Assembly (NCBI GenBank): GCA_040954595.2
Contig: CM082592.2
Coordinates: 2,992,735-3,056,734, forward strand
DNA: 64,000 nucleotides
Source: Balanoglossus misakiensis
Lineage: Eukaryota; Animalia; Hemichordata
Reading direction: 5' to 3'
Shown: piece after piece, positions 25,198 to 48,386 of the stretch
How positions within the stretch are numbered: the stretch's first letter is position 1
Layout: every line of letters begins with the position of its first letter
Position numbers and translations under genes: made by a program
The notes under the pieces: generated by a model
Told to the model about the DNA's origin: nothing
The model's database searches: none
Seen by the model: only the letters and a program-made list of their open reading frames with translations

Positions 25198-26663
25198 TAT
25201 AGGGCAAAACTGTATTAACCGCCATCTTGAAAACCGCGTTGCATTGTGGGACGACTGGGGGGGAGTACCTGAATACCCATAGCATTGTAATGTAGACATC
25301 TACCGAGACACTCTATTCCTCCAAACGTTTTTTTTCCGACAAACTCTCAGATTTCAGTTCTTATAGCCGTCTTCTGTTCTGAAAAGTATTATTATTATCG
25401 TCGAGCCGTTCCAGAAGATTTTTGAGGATCCAACAATAGCGGGTGTTGCCATTATTCATTGGTATTAAGTGCTGTTGCTATGTGTTTGACAAATTCGTTT
25501 CTGAATACGATTAAGTAGAATTTTCGTGACACAATTACAGTAACTGTAAAATAACTAAAAATAACATACTTTCCATAAAGTATGACCAGAAGCTGATGCT
25601 GATTACTCATCTCGGATTACAGATGAACATGCCACGCCCCCTTTTCAAAAAAACTGTCCAAACCGCTCTGAAACATGCACAAAAATGAAAAGAATTGTTT
25701 GCATTAACTTTTGATTAGCAAGAAGTTTCTATTTTAAATCTGTTTTTTGCTTTGTTATGTAAACCAGTAAGTGAATGTGGAGATGGAAGAAAAAAAGCGT
25801 GAACGGCTTTATTATAATGCAAGCCAAGCTGTGAAAATTAAGGCCAGCCATGAAAGCGTCCTTTCAAAATTTTCGTGACACCGACGTAGAAGGGTATGAA
25901 AAACTAGAATTTCAACACATAATGGAGATCATTGCAATCGTTTTTTGGTCTAATTTGTTTTATTTTCGTCTAATAAGACTTAGTGAAATTAGTCTTGGAA
26001 AGGACGCTTTCATGGCTGGCCTTAATTTTCACAGCTTGGCTTGCATTATAATAAAGCCGTTCACGCTTTTTTTCTTCCATCTCCACATTCACTTACTGGT
26101 TTACATAACAAAAAAAAACAGATTTGAAATAGAAACTTCTTGCTAATCAAAAGTTAATGCAAACAATTCTTTTCATTTTTGTGCATGTTTCAGAGCGGTT
26201 TGGACAGTTTTTTTGAAAAGGGGGCGTGGCATGTTCATCTGTAATCCGAGATGAGTAATCAGCATCAGCTTCTGGTCATACTTTATGGAAAGTATGTTAT
26301 TTTTAGTTATTTTACAGTTACTGTAATTGTGTCACGAAAATTCTACTTAATCGTATTCAGAAACGAATTTGTCAAACACATAGCAACAGCACTTAATACC
26401 AATGAATAATGGCAACACCCGCTATTGTTGGATCCTCAAAAATCTTCTGGAACGGCTCGACGATAATAATAATACTTTTCAGAACAGAAGACGGCTATAA
26501 GAACTGAAATCTGAGAGTTTGTCGGAAAAAAAACGTTTGGAGGAATAGAGTGTCTCGGTAGATGTCTACATTACAATGCTATGGGTATTCAGGTACTCCC
26601 CCCCAGTCGTCCCACAATGCAACGCGGTTTTCAAGATGGCGGTTAATACAGTTTTGCCCTATA
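25198..26663. mobile_element. Foldback element: ~667-bp near-identical inverted arms with a 132-bp spacer
   Basis: 25198-25865 is the reverse complement of 25998-26663 with only a few differences; termini TATAGGGCAAAAC...GTTTTGCCCTATA. Confidence 0.92.
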
Positions 26664-27434
26664 CCTGCAGTCTAGAGGCCATACCTGCTACACTCTAACA
26701 GGCTATGGGCTCTGGTGACAACCTGTATGAAATAAAACCCCAAATGTAAGAACTTACTCGCAGTCATGGAGCAGTTATTAGGGTACATAAATATATAATT
26801 GTAGGACTGGTTGACTTCTGAGTTATCCGAGCTTTGATCACAGTGTTTTAATACTGGTAAAGGACAGCTGTGTGTCGGTGTACACTTTCAGTAAAATGTG
26901 GCATTACTTTAAATGTACACCGTATAATTTGATGTCCTTCCTCTGCTGACGCAGGCTTGAAACATGAGATTGTGACACGACCTGTACAGGGCCTGTCACA
27001 CAAGCGTAAATTCGCTGTTTATGATGCATAATCATGGTATCATGCCTATCGTGAGCTTAATTCACCCGTTAAAGTAAAAACAGCTTTCTGAAAAAATAGC
27101 CACTGTGTGGCATTTCTAACATTTGTCGACATATCCCAACCTTATCCCCCCAAATAAATGATATATAGATTGGGAAACAGAATGTAGGAATTTCAGACTT
27201 TAATGTATTCGTTTCTGGTTGGGCCAAGTAAACATTACTCCGAGTATGGGGAGTTTCGATAGACCCGTATTTCCCCCCCAACCGGTTGCGCAAAGATTCG
27301 TTGCGCAAAACTGGCGGGACCCCCCCCCCTCCCCGCCCCCCCCCAAGAACGGTCTCCCCTTTGAATTTCTGTGTAGTCCCAATGTTCATTTTCCATCATT
27401 CAGTAGCGGTGGAGAAACCAATCCGTCTGTCCAC

Positions 27435-39152
<11,718 letters not shown>

Positions 39153-40248
39153 AGCATTTTGGAGTCTGTAATCTGCTGGGACTGTCCACACAGCTGCAGC
39201 TGTGGAGCGTGTACACGGCTAACTAAATACAGAAATATATACTGAGTAAAATGATAAGGGATGACAGGTTTAATTGTTATTTTATCATACTTTAATAGCG
39301 AGTTTCTCTTTCTCTCTGCTGAGCACTCCGTATTCAGACTTGCCCAAGTTAACCGCGACAAAAAAATGATCACGTTTGCCTGCATGTTTCTTATACCTGA
39401 CAGATAAAAAACGCAGCGTAGATATTGATTGTTAAAAGAAGTAAATGTGAAATTGTTAAACAATTGAGGATTGTAATTTCCTGAAACTGTCACACATAAC
39501 CCATTGAAAAATGCTGTATTGAAAAATATAAAAGAAATACTATGACACTCTGCTTGATAATTAGATACAACGATAATTGTATATTTTCCTTTGAAAAACC
39601 GCTGATGCAAAAGTGCTGACTGTGTTTTTTTGACATGTCTTATTTACAACTAAAGTGTTTGATGTAGTGGACATAGTGATAGAAATTTTTGTCATAATAA
39701 ATTAACTTATTTTCAGAAAACTACTATCTTAGTTGCCCATTGCTAGGCTTCCCAAAAGTGTGCCACTTGCAGTCCCTGCAAAAACATGATTTTTATGACC
39801 ACTTAACTGTCCCCGGTAAAATTGGTTATATCAGTAAGTAAATTATCTCTTGATTGTTCTTGCAAAGGGTGATGAACTTGTCAGACTGTATGTGCCGTAG
39901 TCTGTATATATTGGGAGGGGGGGGGGGCATGGAAAAAACCCAGGAAATTTAAGGGGGGCCACAGATTTCCTCCACAATTTACAAGGGGGGGGGGCATGGA
40001 AAAAAATCACCAGGAAAATAAGAAATCCTCCAGCCCCACCCTGGAAGTAAATTCTGGACAGTCCCTAAGGGGCAACACACCCACACACACACTCCGGATC
40101 CACTGCCAACAGCAACATTAAAATCATTAAACTCAAATGGGGACCACTTTTCTCAAACAATAAAGCAAGTCTCATTTTTAGTCCGCATGTCCCACTGCAG
40201 TTCCGACTGTTTTTATTTTGTCTCCGTTTCCGACTTGATTTATACAGT

Positions 40249-40419
40249 ACTCAATGAGATTTTTGACCGTACAGCTCATTTTTATTTTTCCACTTACATT
40301 TTGCTATTTTTAGATCCCTGAAGAAGATCCTCAGTGAAGGATCGAAACGTTGGTAAAACAAGTTTTTAACAATAAAACTTTTTATGAAACCCGACGCTTG
40401 TCTCCTCATCGAACTCAAT
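40249..40419 (+). mobile_element. Penelope-like pseudo-LTR remnant with minimal hammerhead-ribozyme-like motif
   Basis: CTGAAGA-A-GATCCT(cagtga)AGGATC-GAAA-CGTTG at 40318-40352, followed by AATAAA and bounded by ACTCAAT direct repeats. Confidence 0.55.
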
Positions 40420-40626
40420 AAAGCACTTTAATTATTTGCAACGATTGCACATTTTCTCCCTGGCCATATGCATAGATGCTGCAATGTACATATATGTGAT
40501 ATTGTACATGTATGCAAACAGGAGCTAAAGAAGCGCCCTCAGCCCCTCACTGCCTCAGTCATACAGATATCACACACACAACATAACACTTTTCGTTTTT
40601 GATGTTTTTTTTACAATCTAGAAAAA

Positions 40627-41390
40627 GAAAGTTTACAAATAATGTAAAAAATAAAAGTTAAAAGTTAATAGTTTATATACATGTCATTTAAGCAAATAGC
40701 TGTAAAAGATAACTTGATAGCCATTTTGGACTTTACTGTCAAGGTAAAAGGCAAACATCTGATACTTGTGTATCAGAGAATTTTATGAAAACACAAAATG
40801 GTTTCTCATGGAAAGTTTACAAACAATGTAAAAAACACTTTAAAATGTATAGTTTAAATATTTCAGTAAGCAAATAGCTGAACAGATAAGGCCATTTTGG
40901 ACTTTACTGTCAAGGTAAAAGGCAAACATCTGATACTTGTGTATCAGAGAATTTTATGAAAACACAAAATGGTTTCTCATGGAAAGTTTACAAACAATGT
41001 AAAAAACACTTTAAAATGTATAGTTTAAATATTTCAGTAAGCAAATAGCTGAACAGATAAGGCCATTTTGGACTTTACTGTCAAGGTAAAAGGCAAACAT
41101 CTGATACTTGTGTATCAGAGAATTTTATGAAAACACAAAATGGTTTCTCATAGAAAGTTTACAAACAATGTAAAAACACTTCAAAATGTATAGTTTAAAT
41201 ATTTCAGTAAGCAAATAGCTGAACAGATAAGGCCATTTTGGACTTTACTGTCAAGGTAAAAGGTGAACAATGTGATACTCGGGTCTCAGAATGTTATGAA
41301 AACACAAAATGGTTTCTCATAGAAAGTTTACAAACAATGTAAAAAACATTTCAAAATTAATAGTTAACATAATTCGCCTTTAGTGTCAAA
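40627..41390. repeat. 171-bp AT-rich tandem repeat, ~4.5 copies
   Basis: CCATTTTGGACTTTACTGTCAAGG recurs at 40721, 40892, 41063 and 41233. Confidence 0.93.
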
Positions 41391-41430
41391 ATAAAAGTCA
41401 AACACAGATCTAGGCTCCATGGTTTTACTT

Positions 41431-44400
41431 TTACTGTTTCCGGCTATTTTGTTGTCTGGACAAAAAATTGGGCGTTCCAATGTCCATATTGAATCGATTT
41501 TGCAAAGATGTCATTCCCTGTGCATTATCACCACCACTTATATCAGGTGTGTTGTGGACACTTGAAGGACGGAAGACAAATTCTTCTGGAAAACAAAACA
41601 ACAACAAAACAAGTCACATTATGTACTAAGAAAATTCTATTAAAATATTGAATTTAAAATTAATCTACGTCAAATTTTCATACTGTATCAATGTTCCAGT
41701 AAGGACTAAAATGTACGTAAACGTTTTTGATCACAGGCCACATTACTTTACAAGCCCAGTGTTCACCTTTTTTCAGTTTTTCATGTAAAAGTAAGATTAA
41801 TGCTAACTGTGAGAAAGGAAAGAAACCATGACCAGAATTATCTCTCTAAATATCCAAAGAATGTAAACACAAACAAAGTATGACACAAGAAACTTACGAT
41901 CTGGTCTTGTCGGCGTTGCAGAGGCGCTACAACGACCACTGGGTATATCTTTCACAGGCTGACCTAAATAGGCTATACAAATGTATCACCGATTAGAATC
42001 TAACATGAACACTTATTAAGAACTAACTGAACTGACAAATAGAAAAATGTATAAGCTGTTTTGCTGACTATCAACTCAGCTGTATATGAGATGGAATGGG
42101 AGATTTCATAAGAATACCAATGGTGTGTGAAATGAAATGGAATCATAATTCCGTGAACAAAACCGACTTAAGATATAACCTCCCTTAATACCCTCCAAGG
42201 AGGCATTTTCATGGTGGAATCTAAGAGTGACCATAATTCGTTATTATAATTTCTTTCAGGCCCTGAATTGACAGTTCTATGGAGACTGGTGTTCTTGTGA
42301 GGTTGCTACATTTGGAAAGGACAGACTTCTGCATTCATGTTGTGTAAGTTTTGCACTAAATGTTTTATTTTCTACATTATGAGGTTGCTGACATCCTTCA
42401 CAACATTGATAATTTGAAGTTTGTGTTATTATTATTGTTGTAAAACAAAAACACACACACACAAAAATGGCAGTAATAAATAAAGTTGAGTTCAACTGAA
42501 TCTACTTTCCATAAAACCATTTTGTCGAAGGATGAATGCTTCTGAGCATGTGCAGTTGTTTGCTTTGAACGGCTGAACATTGAGGGCGTTATTGTTATTT
42601 CTGGAGAAATGTACCGGTATGGTTTAATATATATCTTAACAAGGTTTTGTGAAATGGAATTAATTTGTACTTACACTGTCCTGTTGCAATAGGAATATCA
42701 AAAGATCCCTGCAACGCTAGCTTTCGCATTGAGTTGTTACTGACATCAAAACCAGAACTGCTTATTGAACGTCTGTTTTAAAACGCAGAAAAAAAGATGC
42801 ACAGATTGTTACTGGTACACGTACAGTGTTTTTGTTAAAGGCGGTACCCAGGTAAATGTTACCGGGGTTCCCCAGTCATTTTACCAGGGATCCCCTTGGT
42901 ATATCAATGGAGTCATATTAGTAGATAGCAGGAGCTTTACCAGGGTTCCCAAGTCATTTACCAGTGTTCCTTAGCCTTAGCAAAAACACTGACGTATCTT
43001 TGAACGCCACATTTTTTGTTACCGAAATGTGGTGCAACTTTCTATCATTTCACACATTTTCCTTTTTCCCCCCGCTTAATTACAGACCAAGTGGACATAA
43101 TTTTTCCATTGTCAGCAGGAGTATACCAAAATTGCAGAAAAAATATGGTAAATGTTATGAGGTTAATTATGTGATGACAACAAGTTGACTACGGCATTGA
43201 AAGTGTAAAAATGTAATATTTAGCTGTGTAGAATGAACCATATTAAACAGTTTGAAACACCCACAGTCCCAGTAGCATGCTAAGCTATGCATGTCACATG
43301 TTACATCAATGGAGAGAGATTGGCCAACCAATGTGCATGGCACAAGCTGAAATAATAGAATAGATTTTTCTGATATTCACCTAATCACTGAGTAAATGAA
43401 AAATACTAGTCTAATGTCTTGGACCAGTCATTTCCCTTGGTAGATCAGTTTAAAACACTGCTTCATAATTATGTTAATTGATTCTAATCGCATGTAGATA
43501 CATGCCAATTCAATCAGAATCAATGTTGAAATGTGTCATAAATATGTAAAAAAAATCTAATTTACCTTCGTAAAGCATCATACATGGTCTGCAAAGGAAA
43601 AATATACCAGGTATTAAAGAACAAGAATGGTCTTAGAAGTCCAAGTTGGTTAGCACATTAACTTAGCTTCTTTGTTGAGTAGCATTTAATTGTCAAATCA
43701 AATCATATATAAATCATATACAACTATGCATCATCATCAGCAAAGTTGAAGAGAGAAAAAAGACTGAGCAATAGTTAGTTGTTGTGTTTTACCAAAGCAC
43801 AGTCCATTCACACACACTGAATCAGGCAGTCTGAAGTTCTGTATGGTGTGAGGAACCAATTGGTATATGAAAATTGTATCACCTGGTGGACACGGATAAT
43901 CTTTTTGTAGGATCAGCTTATGTGACAAACAGTTGAGATCGGTGCGTAAAAGCAGTTCTGACAAAACAAACATTGTAGCTAAGCTAGCCCAATGTGTAGC
44001 TGGGTAGGAGAATCAATTAATGCGAGAACCATTCTACCCCTTTGGCCAGATTGTGAAATCTGCAGAAGAATTTAATTGGAGGAGATCAGCTTTTACCTGC
44101 AACTTCTGATGTTGTCTGTTTTTGTCCAACAGTTTTTCCGATATTTCGCTGTAGCGTTTCTTTGTATTTTCCAGGTCTTTCTTGCTACCTGAAATTACAG
44201 ATTATGACAACTGAGTCAAACAGTTGTCTCAGCTGCTGAACTCAGATCAGCAATGTCTGACAACTTAGCTACACTCACATTCAAAATTCAGACACCAGCT
44301 GTTTGGTGCAAAATCTGAAAGTGATATTAGAATATATCATGTTCACATATGAGAAAAGTTAACCAGTCTGAAACGTCATCCATCATTCAAATTATCAAAC

Positions 44401-47223
44401 AGGGAAAACATACATTGCAACAATAAACTGAATTATTTTCACAATTAACAAACAAAGTGTACATGACAATTATAGTATACAAGAATCAATTTTTTCTCAT
44501 CTTCATATTATTGCATTACAGCACTTACTTGCTATCTGTCCTTTCAATGCTGTGCATTACGGGATAGTTAAGAAAACACCAACTGTGAAACATGAATTCT
44601 ACACCATTTGAAGACAAACTACATATGTTGATTATTAAACTTGAGTTACTGTATACAGTTCCTTACAAGCACACATCATGTCCAATTGTTTACTTTTGAA
44701 GTTGACTCTGTTAGGAACCCGCTTTCCTTTTTAGGTAATACACACCTTCCATGTTGACATACCCATAAAACATTTAGGGTTGGCAGGTTTAAAAAAAATG
44801 GGTAGGTCAGGTTGGAACCACACAATTTTTTTTTTCATTGGCCTACAGTCCAACATTCAACAATAGCAAAACCGACTAGCTATAAAGCCAATACATTGTG
44901 AAAATACTTTAAAAATCTGGGCGAACCTTTCTTCACATTTGACTTACTACAAGCAATCTATATCCATACGAGACTATTTTATTTGTTTGCGTTCAACTGC
45001 AGCTGATAACCTGAAAAACTGTACATTCACCTGAACCTACATGGTTTGTAAAGGATACCTTTGATTTCAGTTTGTGCTCTGCCAAGAATTTGTTCATAAT
45101 ATTGTTCTAGTTGGCTGGTTCTTTCTTTACTCTTATTTGCCGTGTATTCTTGATAGGTCCTCTCCTGGTGGTTCTGTCAAATTCAATTCATGATCATCAA
45201 TAAACACAATGAAGTGGTATGTACTATTAAAGGTGCCTCAGATTCAGAAGTCAGATCTGTGATCGAAAGTGTGACTCACACTTTTGTGCTAAGTCGCAAT
45301 CTGCGAACATCGCAAATGGTATCTGCGACTGCTGAAGACATGAATAATTTACCATCTGATCAAAACCAGAAACCCAAAATGTCTCAGCCCATCATGGGCC
45401 ATGTCAAGGTGATCATCGACAAGCACTGAACCCTTTGCAAATGCACTGCCAGGACACTCTATTCATACTTAACAGAATGTAAGGAGGTTACTATGTGTGG
45501 AAAACTGTCAGAGATTGAATAAACTCTCGCGGTTTAAAAATAACTGCGATGATCTTAGACATCATTTTAAGGGGCCGCAAATATCATTTGGGACACTAGC
45601 AGATAGCGACTTGCGACAAAAGTGCGACTCACACTTTCGGTTGCAGATAGCCTTCTGAGGGACCTCTCCATACATGCAATGATGAGTCGTTCCTTGGTAT
45701 TTGTAAAATCATGCAAGCCATCTCTCTTCTATAATTTTCACATTATTTTTTACTAACAGAACAAGTCATCATTGATGTCACAGTCCCCACTGAATCACAA
45801 AGCTAGAAAACAATTGTTTACTTGAAAACAATACCTGATACGACCAGAAAGCTAAAGCCCTTGACGCAATTTCCATAATGACCTCAGGTCGTTGCCCTGC
45901 CAGCACCATCTATATGAAAAACAAACATAATGATCTTACTAAAAATCATTGCTTTACTATCGAAAAGAATTTGATGAAATTCAAAATAAGTGAATCCCAG
46001 TAAAACAACTCATTGTTATTTCAGGGCATGAATATTGCCTGGACATCAGATATAATGACAATCTGATTAGCATTAGACTAAGATTTGATAGTTTGTTTCT
46101 GTGTTTGTTCTTTTCCTCTCTGAGTTGTTTTTCAGTAAATGCATTTGTCATGTCTATGGACTGAGAGTGAAAGTGGTGTATGTGTGAAAGTAAAAGTGCT
46201 GCTACAGAATACAGTGTTTGCTGAAGTAAAGATGACTTACAGATTTGTACTGTTCACTGGGATTCATATCAATTCTCACAATATCAAACTTGCCAGCTAA
46301 ACTTGTTTCACCTGAAAGAAACCATCATTCGATAAATAGTGAATTAATTAAAGACACTTGTTTTGTTTTTCAACGTCTTGCAGTGAATTGATCAGACAGG
46401 GTGGTTGATACTACCAATTATTATTACACATATGATTTTTTATCAAACATATGCTATTCTCACCCTTAACAACAATGGGAAAGGCTCAGGTTGCATTTTC
46501 TAGAAATCTAGTATTCTCATCAATTAATTATATCATTGTACATGTGTTGAAGCTTAACGCGTTACGGCAAATAACGCTATCATAGTTGTCCTTTTTTGCA
46601 TGATGTACTGGGTAAGGGCAAGGTGCTAAAACAAGTCGCATCTACATAATTTTGAAACTTGAATTTAACACAAAATTATTGGGTGCCATACTTCTGGACA
46701 CCTGGTACCACCACTCTAAGTGGTTTAAAGACGACCAAATATAGTAATGGTCTTTCCTTGGACCTGGTGACTTTTTATCCTGTATGATAATAATTATTAG
46801 ACCTGATTTTATGCCATATCATGTATCTACGGTAAATCACATTCAGATCTCAGAGAGTCAGAATGTTGCAATCATGATTGAAGTCTAACTTACACGCTGG
46901 GCAACTGTACGATTTATTGAACTCTCTGGCTCCATCTTCATCACAAAAGACATCTACATTCAGTTAAGGAATATTCTACAGATATAAATATATAACGCAA
47001 GAATCCTGAAGGCATTCTCACCATCATGTACTCTCCAGATGGTCTGTAACATTGCATATAATCAACAGATTCCATCATCTTGTGAAATGTACGTTTATAA
47101 CAACATTTATGGCAGAATTGGAGGTTGGATTTCACAAATAAGGATACGAGAACATGATGTAACCCATGAAAATGTTGATAGACGCTTCCTGCATTTCTTG
47201 TAATTACACATCAGATCATCCAT
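41431..47223 (-). CDS. CCNB1IP1: E3 ubiquitin ligase CCNB1IP1/HEI10 (meiotic crossover factor), ~283 aa, 11 coding exons
   Basis: Exons 47223-47148, 46953-46894, 46311-46241, 45909-45835, 45173-45059, 44549-44529, 44188-44097, 43588-43566, 42772-42675, 41963-41898, 41585-41431 splice in frame. RING: LMCNYKKCRKRL...WVTSCSHVFC...CPAC; then NPSEQYKSMVLAGQRPEVIMEIASRALAFWSYQ...ERTYQEY and a coiled coil ending QKLQTMYDALR. Confidence 0.93.
45231..45665. mobile_element. Degenerate TIR element in a CCNB1IP1 intron
   Basis: Imperfect inverted ends AGGTGCCTCAGA...GAAAGTGTGACTCACACTTTTGT and ACAAAAGTGCGACTCACACTTTC...TCTGAGGGACCT. Confidence 0.5.
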
Positions 47224-47796
47224 CTGAAATAAATCTGGTCTGTAAAAATAAAAGAAAACACAATTACCACAGGCATTTAGCTCCATACAAGGAAAACTGT
47301 AGTACACTATACTATACTCCCTTGTATTGAGTTGTCACATTGTCAAAGTCTTGTGGTACTCCAGGATTCGATGTGAGACAAATATTTCCAATGATTCTGT
47401 CTCCATGCACAAGTAATCTATACGATCTTATTAAAGTATAATTCTTATATTGCATTCTGCATAATAAATTATCTCCACATGCTGATAAAAAGTAACAAGG
47501 TGACAGCAATAAAATGCATGCAAAATAGCATGATATAAAATAAAGGATATGGTTTGGAAAGATACATGTGACATGCCAGAACCTACATATATAATCTGAT
47601 TTTAAAAGATGTGACCAGCAGTGCATCCAGTCAGTAGATCATCAAGATACTAGTATATCCTATAATGTGTCGTAACACATAGCCTATGTGTTACGACACA
47701 CGTGCACAGGCTACAACATGAACATCGATGATGATATCCATCATGTCTGCGTATAAAAAAAATGGCTAATTTAATCATTTCGATATTACTTTCTTA

Positions 47797-48386
47797 CCTG
47801 AGTCAGTAAGATGAGTCTCGAAAGAAGAATTAAACCTCAGATTTCCCACGTTATACCAGTTTACCGCAGATTTTGCGAAGATCACAGTTTCTCACTCTTG
47901 GCACGCTGAGAGTATGCTGTGTGTGGGACCAGAGTGTGAGAACAAACAAATCGATCCCACACTTTATTGAATCGAAAGCTGTATATGACGCGAGCGCTGA
48001 TTGGATGACAAAGCGTTCTTTAGTTTAATGCGCTAAATGTTATCCAATGGCGCTATGTGTATTATACGAACAGAGACTACAACGTGCCATGGCCAGACGA
48101 CAGTTCCAGAGTCATCTATTCAATGTTTTTAATACGAATTTAAGCAACAGGCGGAACTGAGTGTAGCCTGGCTCAGGGCTCGGCCGCCGTGAGGGGATTG
48201 CCGAGTTCAGAACAGCGCCGTGAGTGGCAAGAGTTGCTATATCTTCACTTAAGGTCATTCTGCGGTAACCTTTGACCTCGCATGTCAACACAACACTCGA
48301 AGTCAGGCACTGAGTCAGGCACTTCCAGTTTCATTGCCCTGTTCCGTGATCGTTAGTATTACCAATGGTTAACGGGTTCTAGTAAG
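47797..48386. promoter_or_regulatory. Putative bidirectional promoter between CCNB1IP1 (5'UTR exon donor ~47797) and the GH63 gene
   Basis: Head-to-head arrangement, CpG-richer sequence, and CCAAT boxes on both strands (~48000 ATTGG, ~48044 CCAAT). Confidence 0.55.

Noticed and set aside
27219-27434. Pro-rich N-terminal extension of the 279-aa ORF
   Set aside because: It starts at a non-ATG codon and runs through poly-C tracts; ATG 27435 is preferred. The ORF tail after 27797 is intron.
40627-41390. Alpha-satellite (171-bp monomer)
   Set aside because: Length coincidence only; no recognisable alpha-satellite sequence or CENP-B box, and only ~4.5 copies.
42495-42600. Candidate extra CCNB1IP1 exon
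   Set aside because: The exon at 42772-42675 has canonical splice sites and keeps the frame to the terminal exons; this segment runs into a stop.
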